DNA from: an uncultured delta proteobacterium
GTDB lineage: Bacteria > Desulfobacterota > Syntrophia > Syntrophales > UBA2185
DNA: 64,000 bases
Direction of reading: 5' to 3'
Assembly: GCA_963729715.1 (NCBI GenBank)
Contig: CAVSPA010000003.1
Location: 96,001 to 160,000, forward strand
Below are positions 41,484 to 49,630 of the stretch, piece by piece (positions within the stretch are counted from its first letter, which is position 1; every line of letters begins with the position of its first letter). Below the pieces are notes generated by a model, which ran no database searches, was not told where the DNA came from, and worked only from the letters and a program-made list of their open reading frames with translations. The position numbers and the translations under genes are program-made.

Positions 41484-41545
41484 TTATCGCTGTCTCCTTT
41501 CGCTGGTCATATAATCACGAAGCCCGACGTTTTAGGATTTCTCAT

Positions 41546-42919
41546 TTATTTCAATTCCAGCCTCTTCCATTTCCCCCGGTGAAACCACCAGGCCATCATC
41601 AGCCCCTGGCAGGCCATAGAGACCACCATGGCAGACCAGACGCCCGGAGCCCCGAATCCCATATACAGCGCCAGGAATACGGCAAGGGGGAGCCGGATTA
41701 ACCACATGGTAATAATGATGACCCACATGGTCCCCCGTGTATCACCCGCTCCTTGAAGGCCACCTCCCATCACCGTACTTAAGGCGAGGAAGGGTTCGGA
41801 AACCATGTTGAATCTGAGATACCGCGCCGTTTCCGCAAGGACGGCCGGCTCCGAAGTCAGTGTGGATGCGAAGCTCTCCGCCCAGATAAAGATGATAACG
41901 GCCATAATGCTGGTAACCACTATCCCCAAGCCGGCAAGCTTCCAGCCCATCTTTTCGGCCCTTTCCGGATCACCGGCGCCCATGTTCTGGCCCACGATGA
42001 CCGATGCAGCCATATTAAAGGCAAAGGCAGGAAGGAAAATGATCGCCTCAATCCGAAGCCCATTGGCAATAGACGCGAGGGCGGTGATGCTTGCCTCTTT
42101 CAATCTTGCGAGAACATTATACAGCAGTATGCTCGCCATATTCCAGGCGACTTGAAGAAATCCGGCGGGCCAGCCAATGTTGAAAATTGTTTTGATGGTA
42201 TCAAGAGATACTGCCCAGAAATGTGAAAAAACCCGGCGCCACCTCTCACTGATCCACAAGAAGACCAGATTCATCAGGGTTCCCAACAGCGTCGAAATGG
42301 CCGTAGAAAAAGCAATTCCCGCGTAACCGAGTTTCGGAAAAGGGGGAATGCCGAACACAAGCAGGAAATCCAGGGCGATGTTTACGATACTGATAATAAA
42401 CATTGTTACGAGGGGTTTTTTCACCTCCGCGCCGGCACGGAAAATAGTATTCGAAATGATTAGCAGGTAATTGGGTCCGAGAGCGAAGGCGAAGATCTGC
42501 AAGAAATTTTCGGCAATGTCCGTAATCTCCGGCGGGAAGCCGGCCGCTGATATGATGCCGCGATAAAATATGAAGCAAACCGCAGTGAGGGCGACGGAAA
42601 TCAAGAGTCCCAGAAGGAGCGACTGCTTTGCAGCATCAATGGCCCGCTCCTCGTCTCTGGCGCCGATGGCCCTCGAAATCACGGCCAATGAGCCTATGCT
42701 GATGGCATTTGCAACAATGATGACGAGGAAATAGATCTGGGTAATGAAGCCGACTGCCGCTTGAACATTCGCGCCGATAAGACCGGCGACGTAGACATCG
42801 GTGAAGCCGACCAGGAAACCGAAGATCATCATGATGAGCATGGGCCAAGAAAGTTTCCAGATGCCGGTCCAGATATTTCCCGTGGTAACGTCGATGATCC
42901 GGTCTTTGAACATTGCCAT
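41546..42919 (-). CDS. MATE family efflux transporter
   Basis: Multiple TM helices, two repeats (TD...AG.IG, GQN.GAG), VNI.LD. Confidence 0.93.
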   Translation of the reverse strand: MAMFKDRIIDVTTGNIWTGIWKLSWPMLIMMIFGFLVGFTDVYVAGLIGANVQAAVGFITQIYFLVIIVANAISIGSLAVISRAIGARDEERAIDAAKQSLLLGLLISVALTAVCFIFYRGIISAAGFPPEITDIAENFLQIFAFALGPNYLLIISNTIFRAGAEVKKPLVTMFIISIVNIALDFLLVFGIPPFPKLGYAGIAFSTAISTLLGTLMNLVFLWISERWRRVFSHFWAVSLDTIKTIFNIGWPAGFLQVAWNMASILLYNVLARLKEASITALASIANGLRIEAIIFLPAFAFNMAASVIVGQNMGAGDPERAEKMGWKLAGLGIVVTSIMAVIIFIWAESFASTLTSEPAVLAETARYLRFNMVSEPFLALSTVMGGGLQGAGDTRGTMWVIIITMWLIRLPLAVFLALYMGFGAPGVWSAMVVSMACQGLMMAWWFHRGKWKRLELK

Positions 42920-42983
42920 AGAACCCGCGCGTGAGAACTTTTTCCGCAGAATGCAGAGTAGGGGGTATGTCAAGCGATGTTAG

Positions 42984-43979
42984 CTATGCCGATATTGAGC
43001 TCATCAGATAGTTCTGAAGGGTTTGATACATCTCAACATCAGTGTCAACCAAAGAAGCGCCAATCTTGGTTCCTTGATCAGACCGAAACACACGTTGGGG
43101 CACGCACTGGATGCTAAGGGGCTTCTTACTTTCAGGCAGTGCGAAGGTGATGGTCATCCTGGACGCATCCCCGTCTCCCTGCTTCTTGAATTTATAGGTG
43201 CTCGGGATCGATATCTGTAATCCGCCTAGAGAAATATCTACGACCAATGCGGTTTGTAACAGCGCCTTATCCTCCAATCCACAGCCGCCCACCAAAGCGG
43301 GAAGAGAGACGGCCTTTCTCGGATGCCGGCGTTTTTCTCCCTCCACTTTCTTGTTCCGGGAAAATTCAGGATAGAGCTTCTTCACGCAATCGGGACAGAT
43401 GCTGTGCGTAAAATCGAGAGCGGAATGGCTCTTCAGATAGGATTCAACTTGTATCCAGTAGCCGTCATCATTGCGTATATTCTTGCAGTTAGCGCAGATG
43501 GGGAGAAGTCCGCTCAATGTTTTTATATTATCGAGCGCCTCTTTCAGTTCCGTTATTAGTCTTTCCTTCTCCCTTATATTGTTGAAGCGTTCTATGGAAT
43601 ATTTTATGGAACGATGAAGCAGAGTGCTGTCCGTCCTGTTCTTATTTAGATAGTCCTGAACACTGTGCTGCAAAGCCTGTATGGCTGTGGCTTCATCATC
43701 GAGGCCGGTGAGGACGATAATGGGTGCATTCTTTTCTCTCTCCCCCATTTTTTTTACGGTGTCAAGGCCCTTGCTGTCAGGGAGGGACAAGTCGAGGAGA
43801 ATTACATCCACCACATTTTCAGCCAAATATTTTAAGGCGTCACGGAGCCGTTCTTTGTGGACCAATTCGTAATTGACATCTTTAGATCCGTTTACGTCGG
43901 CCTGATAGATCATATCTTGAATCAATACGGCATCCGTTATGTTATCCTCGACGAGCAGTATCCTTAGTGCATTTTCCAT
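42984..43979 (-). CDS. Response regulator: REC, Cys-rich (CxxC..CxxC) domain and PilZ domain
   Basis: LLVED..LDLSLPD, LPICANCK...HSICPDC, RRHPR...DISLGG. Confidence 0.88.
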   Translation of the reverse strand: MENALRILLVEDNITDAVLIQDMIYQADVNGSKDVNYELVHKERLRDALKYLAENVVDVILLDLSLPDSKGLDTVKKMGEREKNAPIIVLTGLDDEATAIQALQHSVQDYLNKNRTDSTLLHRSIKYSIERFNNIREKERLITELKEALDNIKTLSGLLPICANCKNIRNDDGYWIQVESYLKSHSALDFTHSICPDCVKKLYPEFSRNKKVEGEKRRHPRKAVSLPALVGGCGLEDKALLQTALVVDISLGGLQISIPSTYKFKKQGDGDASRMTITFALPESKKPLSIQCVPQRVFRSDQGTKIGASLVDTDVEMYQTLQNYLMSSISA

Positions 43980-44002
43980 TATCCTGTCCTCTTGATTTGT
44001 AT

Positions 44003-45667
44003 TCAGGTTAGGGGTCTGCCGTTCAGCCTCTGGTAAACCTTCACGTACTCATCAACCATAGTGTCTAAACCGTATCTCTTTCTTGCCTCCCTCATGATCC
44101 TCTTTATCTGCTGCTCTCTTATCTCCAGAGGTTTCCTGTGGAACTGCACACTCATAGAGAGTCCGTGCCATAACCCGCCAGGGTCGTAATTACAGAAGAG
44201 GAATCCGTTTCCCTCGTCGCAAGAAGCGCCATCGCACCTCAATTGTAACTCCTCTATCTTATCGCTATAACCGCCGGTGTCACGATTCGTCGCCGTGGCG
44301 CCGAAGAGATTGCCTATCTGGTCTATCTGACCGCAAGGCTCGTAGAGGGATGCACCGAATACATCGCTCGCCGCTGCGTAGCCGAGCATGGAGAGGGGTT
44401 CGCTGAATCGCTGGTACGTTATCTTGCCGCCCGAGGCGCAGGCGATCCTCCCCATAATCTCCTCGTGGGTCTGATCGCCCTCAACGCCATTACCGACAAC
44501 GGCAATCTGAACGTCGCCGTTTTCTATGACAAATCTAAGAGCAATGTCTTCGAGAAGCTCACATCCTTTCTGCGTTTCATCGAGCCGCGATGGCCAGTAG
44601 AGAAGTATCGCATCCGGATTCACGACGAGTCCCGTCCTCTTCTGAAATTCCACCAGGTTTTCCCTCTTTGCCGTCATGACATCGTCATCGGGACCGTACT
44701 TCCTTGCAAGGTGCTCACACCTTTCCGGATACATCCGAGGGGACGGCGCATTGATGATAGAGAATACCGCACCGTGATTGTACTTTTCCTTGACTTCCTG
44801 TCTAACGCTCGGAGGGATGAATGATCTATCCAGAAAATAGTCTTCGATGATCTCCCTGAGGAACTTTTCCCCGACAAAATTGACCAGGGTGGCGCTCTTA
44901 ATGGCTGTAGCCTGGGAGTCTATGCATATCCTTCCATTTTCTTTCGAGAAGTAGATGTTCCATGTGAGGCTGTCGATATCTACGCCAAAAAGCATATCTA
45001 AAGGGACGTGGCCTGTGTGAACGTTGTGCACCGTGTGCAGTACGGGGCAGTCCCTCGATTTGGCGTAGGCCGTAACGGCGCCGCCTGCCATCCAGTCGTG
45101 GCTGTGCACGATCAGCCTCCCTCCGCACCTCGCCCGCACTGTCTTGATGGTGTTGTTTACCAGTTCCTTCTGAAATTCAGCGGCATTGGAAAGCGGATCC
45201 CCAGAATATGGGCTGAGAAGGTTCGCATAGATAGACGAGCTTACCAGGTGGATCTTGTCAGGATCAACCTTATCTCTTACCTGACGCCATGCATGTTCAT
45301 CCATGCCGCTCTCCTCTTTGAAGCGTCTTCTCAGATTAATCGTCGCCAGGTGGCAGTTGATCCCCCGCGCCAGAAGCCCCTCGGAGAGCGCGGAAACTAC
45401 CTCTCCCAAGCCCCCCGACTTGCCGGATATGTATCTCGCAAGACTTCCCATGTCTTCCGGCAGCCGGCCTGTCTCCGGAGCTACAAGGAGCACCGCCGTC
45501 TTTCCTGCCTTCTTCAGGATCGTAAATGTCTTTACATTCTTCATCCCCTTCACAGGACGGTTCCCTTGACGCCGGCGCGGCCGGTTTTTTACATACATAC
45601 CCTGAGGGTTATCCGCCCTGTAGCCGGAAGCCATATTCATCTGGGGCTTATGAAGTTTTCTTGCCAT
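44003..45667 (-). CDS. Glycogen/starch synthase-like glycosyltransferase (start may be 45544)
   Basis: KSGGLG, HSHDW, HTVHN, SRL...QKG, SLYEPCG. Confidence 0.88.
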   Translation of the reverse strand: MARKLHKPQMNMASGYRADNPQGMYVKNRPRRRQGNRPVKGMKNVKTFTILKKAGKTAVLLVAPETGRLPEDMGSLARYISGKSGGLGEVVSALSEGLLARGINCHLATINLRRRFKEESGMDEHAWRQVRDKVDPDKIHLVSSSIYANLLSPYSGDPLSNAAEFQKELVNNTIKTVRARCGGRLIVHSHDWMAGGAVTAYAKSRDCPVLHTVHNVHTGHVPLDMLFGVDIDSLTWNIYFSKENGRICIDSQATAIKSATLVNFVGEKFLREIIEDYFLDRSFIPPSVRQEVKEKYNHGAVFSIINAPSPRMYPERCEHLARKYGPDDDVMTAKRENLVEFQKRTGLVVNPDAILLYWPSRLDETQKGCELLEDIALRFVIENGDVQIAVVGNGVEGDQTHEEIMGRIACASGGKITYQRFSEPLSMLGYAAASDVFGASLYEPCGQIDQIGNLFGATATNRDTGGYSDKIEELQLRCDGASCDEGNGFLFCNYDPGGLWHGLSMSVQFHRKPLEIREQQIKRIMREARKRYGLDTMVDEYVKVYQRLNGRPLT

Positions 45668-45801
45668 GGTAATCTTCACTGCACGCGTCCTTCGTGCGAA
45701 AACAGGGTGAATATCCTTTCGCCCCAAGATAGATCACTTGCTGCACTGCTCCGGGTGGAAGGCCAATTTATTAGTATTACACTACCATTGGCAGCGCTAA
45801 G

Positions 45802-45847
45802 CAATGAGGATTAAATGGAAGAGTAATGGTAGTCATAAGCTACCTAA
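45802..45847 (-). promoter_or_regulatory. Regulon motif copy upstream of the glycogen synthase-like gene
   Basis: Minus strand TTAGGTAG-N7-CTACCATT-act-CTTCCATT-taatcctc-ATTG. Confidence 0.7.
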
Positions 45848-45903
45848 GAGTTTGGAATATGTAGAGGAACCGCAATGGGGTAATAAGAGCTTAAGCAAAT
45901 GTT

Positions 45904-46866
45904 TTATTTGGAATTTTTATCCTTCAGCACGACCTCCTGCTTTTTCAGAAACAGCTCCGTATCAGGCGGCACCGAGTCAGTAATCCAAACGTTACCGCCG
46001 ATCACCGAACGGGCTCCGATGACGGTCTTCCCGCCCAGCACGGTGGCATTTGCATAGATGATAGCATCATCTTCAATGGTCGGATGGCGCTTCTTGTTTC
46101 GGAGGCTCTCCAGCTCTTCGCGGCCGAGCGACAGGGCGCCGAGTGTCACACCCTGATAGATCCTGACACGTTTGCCGATGTTGGTCGTCTCTCCGATTAC
46201 TACACCCGTACCGTGATCGATGAAGAAACTCTCTCCGATATCGGCGCCGGGATGGATATCTATTCCTGTTCTGCTGTGGGCGTGTTCCGTCATGATGCGC
46301 GGGATAAGGGGAATGTCGCTCGTGTGCAGCTGATGAGCAATGCGATAGACGGTGATGGCGAAAAGCCCCGGATAACTGAAGATGATTTCATCGAAGCTCT
46401 TGGCGGCGGGGTCTCCTTCATAGGCCGCCTTAATGTCCGTAGCAAGCAGGACACGCAATTTGGGCATGCCGCTGAGAAAGCCGACGGCGGCCTGCTGGCC
46501 GCGCTCTTCGCAGTTTGTGCAGACCTGATTGTGTCGGATGCAGTCATGCCGTATGGCGAGCATAATCTGTTCGGAGAGGGCTTCAAAAAGAGCTGTTAAC
46601 TCCTGACCGAAATAGTATCCCACGTTGATCTCATCCACACGTGTGCGAATAAAATACCCGGGATAGAGAATGCGGCACGCCATATGTACGGCGTCGATAA
46701 TGGCCTCCCGCGAGGGAATGGGTTCGGGACCCACGTGGTCAAAGCAATCGTGGCGGGTGCAGGACGCCGTCAGCTCGTCAACAATGGGCGGTATTTCGTC
46801 GCGAAATTTTTGGGCTATCCCAATATCCATTTTGCACTGATCCGTCTTAGCTTTGTCATCATCCAT
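45904..46866 (-). CDS. cysE: Serine O-acetyltransferase
   Basis: GDPAA, YPG..AI..YR.AH, GIDIHPGA.IG, FIDHGTGVVIGET, KRHPT. Confidence 0.94.
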   Translation of the reverse strand: MDDDKAKTDQCKMDIGIAQKFRDEIPPIVDELTASCTRHDCFDHVGPEPIPSREAIIDAVHMACRILYPGYFIRTRVDEINVGYYFGQELTALFEALSEQIMLAIRHDCIRHNQVCTNCEERGQQAAVGFLSGMPKLRVLLATDIKAAYEGDPAAKSFDEIIFSYPGLFAITVYRIAHQLHTSDIPLIPRIMTEHAHSRTGIDIHPGADIGESFFIDHGTGVVIGETTNIGKRVRIYQGVTLGALSLGREELESLRNKKRHPTIEDDAIIYANATVLGGKTVIGARSVIGGNVWITDSVPPDTELFLKKQEVVLKDKNSK

Positions 46867-46882
46867 GGTGATTTTCCCTCCT

Positions 46883-48064
46883 TTACTGGACCGAGCATAC
46901 CTGGTCGGCTGCATTCCAGTATGGCGACATGCTGCGCAACCTTTCGATTATGGAAGGCAGCTTTTCTGCGACAAAGTCTATTTCTTCTTCCCTATTATAG
47001 ATTGAGAGGCTGAACCTGATGGAGCCGTGGGCCATGGTGAAAGGAACACCCATGGCGCGGAGCACATGGGATGGCTGCAATGACCCGGACGTGCAGGCGG
47101 AACCGGACGATGCGCATATCCCATAGTCGTCCATAAGCAGCAGGATGGCCTCGCCCTCGACGAACTCAAAGCTGATGTTTGTCGTATTGGGGAGCCTGTG
47201 CAGTCTGGTTCCATTCACCCGGCTGTTGGGAATGCGGGAGAGAGTCTCGGCCTCCAGTTTGTCCCGGAGGTGCAGAACTAATCTGTTCTCTGTATCCATG
47301 TTGCGTGCCGCCAATTCGCAGGCCTTCCCCAGTCCGATAATGCTGGGTGTGTTTTCCGTACCGCCCCGACGCCCATTCTCCTGATGCCCGCCAATAAGGA
47401 AAGGCGAGAACCGCGTTCCCCTGCGGACATAAAGGATGCCGATGCCCTTTGGCGCATGAAGCTTATGACCCGATATGGAGAGCATGTCGATGGCATTCGT
47501 CTTCATGTTTATGGGAATCTTTCCCACTGCCTGGACTGCATCTGTGTGAAACAGAATGCCTCTTTCCGCTGCAAGCTCTGCGGCCTTTTCCACGGGAAAG
47601 AGAACCCCCGTTTCGTTGTTGGCCCACATGAGGCTGACGATGGCCGTATCCGGCGTGAGAGCCCTTTCATACTGGGCCATGTCGAGAATGCCGTCCTTGT
47701 CAACAGGGAGCTCCGTGATGCGGTAGCCCTGTCTGGAAAGATGGGCACACAGAGACTTGACCGCGGGATGCTCGACGCGGCTTGTCAAAACGTGGCGCCT
47801 GTCGGGATGGGCCGCCAAGGCTGACCGGATGGCTGCATTGTCGCTTTCCGTACCGCAGCTCGTGAAGATGATTTCCTCCGGCCCTGCGCCGATCAGGGCT
47901 GCCGCTTGTTCGCGGGCCTCACGTATTTTTCGTCCGACCTGACCTCCGAAGGAATGCATGCTGGACGGGTTTCCGTAAAGGTCGCGGAAATACGGGAGCA
48001 TGACATCGAGAACCTCTTCTGCAACCTGCGTTGTTGCATTGTTGTCAAGATAGATCGTCTTCAT
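46883..48064 (-). CDS. nifS: Cysteine desulfurase NifS
   Basis: YLDNNATT, HTDAVQ, SGHKLH, SSGSACTS. Confidence 0.95.
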   Translation of the reverse strand: MKTIYLDNNATTQVAEEVLDVMLPYFRDLYGNPSSMHSFGGQVGRKIREAREQAAALIGAGPEEIIFTSCGTESDNAAIRSALAAHPDRRHVLTSRVEHPAVKSLCAHLSRQGYRITELPVDKDGILDMAQYERALTPDTAIVSLMWANNETGVLFPVEKAAELAAERGILFHTDAVQAVGKIPINMKTNAIDMLSISGHKLHAPKGIGILYVRRGTRFSPFLIGGHQENGRRGGTENTPSIIGLGKACELAARNMDTENRLVLHLRDKLEAETLSRIPNSRVNGTRLHRLPNTTNISFEFVEGEAILLLMDDYGICASSGSACTSGSLQPSHVLRAMGVPFTMAHGSIRFSLSIYNREEEIDFVAEKLPSIIERLRSMSPYWNAADQVCSVQ

Positions 48065-48885
48065 GGGGTCACCTCTTCAATAACAAGCTCCGGCGATACG
48101 AAATCACGGAGTTTTAATTCGACGAAATGTTTAAGCGTGATATCCGCCGCCTTGCAGGTTGCACAGGTTCCTCTTGTGGCAACGAGGACGCGGTTGCCGA
48201 TGACATCGACGAGTTCAATGTCGCCGCCGTCCTTCTTCAGGGAGGGCCGAATCTCGCGATCGATGGTCTCCTCGATCATCTTGATCTTCTGGACGTTGGA
48301 AAGCTTCGGCCTGGCTGCGGGCGCGGCCTCGGCCCGTACCCTCTCGATAATCTCCCTGATGGCGTCATGACATCCCCCGCAGCCGCCGCCGGCTTTGGTG
48401 TAGTTCGTTACCTCTTCAACGGTCGAGAGATTATTCTCCCTCACGGCCTGCTCGATTTCCCGTTCCGTTACGCCGAAGCACTCGCAGATGATCTGCGCCG
48501 CTGGTTCCGTGGGGGGGGCGCCCTTGTAATTCTCAATAGCCTTCTCCATGGCCTGCTTTCCCATGACAGAGCAGTGCATTTTTTCCTGGGGCAGGCCCCC
48601 GAGATAGGCCGCGATATCCTGGTTTGTCACCTTCATGGCTTCATCGAGGGTCATCCCTTTGACCATCTCCGTCAATGCGGACGATGTCGCAATCGCGCTG
48701 GCGCAGCCAAAGGTCTTGAACTTGATGTCCTTGATCCTCCTATTCTCATCCAATTTGAAGGAAAGTTTGAGGGCATCTCCGCAGGCGATGGAACCTACTT
48801 CGGCTACGCCATCGGGGTTCTCAACTTCTCCGACATTGCGGGGATTGAGGAAGTGCTCCTTGACCTTTTCCGTATATTCCCACAT
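48061..48885 (-). CDS. nifU: Fe-S cluster assembly protein NifU
   Basis: IscU domain (CGD, GC, KMHCS), [2Fe-2S] CECF...GGGCGGC, C-terminal Nfu-like DGGD..CATC. Confidence 0.95.
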   Translation of the reverse strand: MWEYTEKVKEHFLNPRNVGEVENPDGVAEVGSIACGDALKLSFKLDENRRIKDIKFKTFGCASAIATSSALTEMVKGMTLDEAMKVTNQDIAAYLGGLPQEKMHCSVMGKQAMEKAIENYKGAPPTEPAAQIICECFGVTEREIEQAVRENNLSTVEEVTNYTKAGGGCGGCHDAIREIIERVRAEAAPAARPKLSNVQKIKMIEETIDREIRPSLKKDGGDIELVDVIGNRVLVATRGTCATCKAADITLKHFVELKLRDFVSPELVIEEVTP

Positions 48886-49125
48886 AAGCTCACTCCTTTT
48901 CAGAATAGCAAATAATATTTATCCAGTTGTCTAAGATTAACCCTGCCTTGCAAGTGAACCACAGCACCGGTAATGCCACTTTCGGCTTACTATGTCCTTT
49001 TTCCGACGATTGCTTCAGGCCGCACCTCAAGCGTCAAGCCTTCCTACCTTAACAAGGAGTCTTTTCGCACAGAATGACAAGAAGGAAAATTGTGATACAG
49101 TCCAGGAGGAAAGGAAACGCCTTTC

Positions 49126-49464
49126 CTAATTCTTCAACACATGGGTCATATAATCAATTATGGCCTTAGTCTCTTCGGGCTTGAGATTTATAGCCGGCAT
49201 CACGCCCTTGCCTTTCTTGATAACCTGTTCGATCTTCTGCCCGTCGAGTCCCTTCCATGCATCGGGGTCGGTGAAATCCTTCGGCCTGTATTGGCGATAA
49301 TAAGCGGAAGGGTAATTATCATCACCCTTGAGGTTGTGGCAGAACTGACAGTTCTTCTTAAATAGTGTTTGCCCTGCACTGTAATCGTAACCGCCGGCAT
49401 TTCCGAAAAGGAAGAGCATTCCCCCTAATGCCAATGTTATGGTAGAGATGAGAATCTTCTTCAT
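49126..49464 (-). CDS. Monoheme c-type cytochrome
   Basis: Signal peptide, CQFCH, distal GVMP. Confidence 0.88.
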   Translation of the reverse strand: MKKILISTITLALGGMLFLFGNAGGYDYSAGQTLFKKNCQFCHNLKGDDNYPSAYYRQYRPKDFTDPDAWKGLDGQKIEQVIKKGKGVMPAINLKPEETKAIIDYMTHVLKN

Positions 49465-49630
49465 AGTATGCCCCCTCTCATTGTCGCATCAATGTCCCGA
49501 CTCTTCTTACATTTTTAGTGTTAAATTATATTATGTCAAGACTTTAATAACTTACCGGCAGAAATAATAACCGGGAGGTCTGCGTGGTGGGTCTGATCCT
49601 AAGAATATGATTTTTCTTGTATGGAGGCGC

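Noticed and set aside
46883..48885. nifU/nifS as evidence of nitrogen fixation
   Set aside because: No nifHDK here; the NIF-type system is the general Fe-S assembly route in many anaerobes
48127..48915. Long antisense ORFs (also 1516-2175, 20449-21198, 27744-28487, 37014-37919, 45008-45814)
   Set aside because: Shadows of well-supported genes on the opposite strand, with no recognisable motifs
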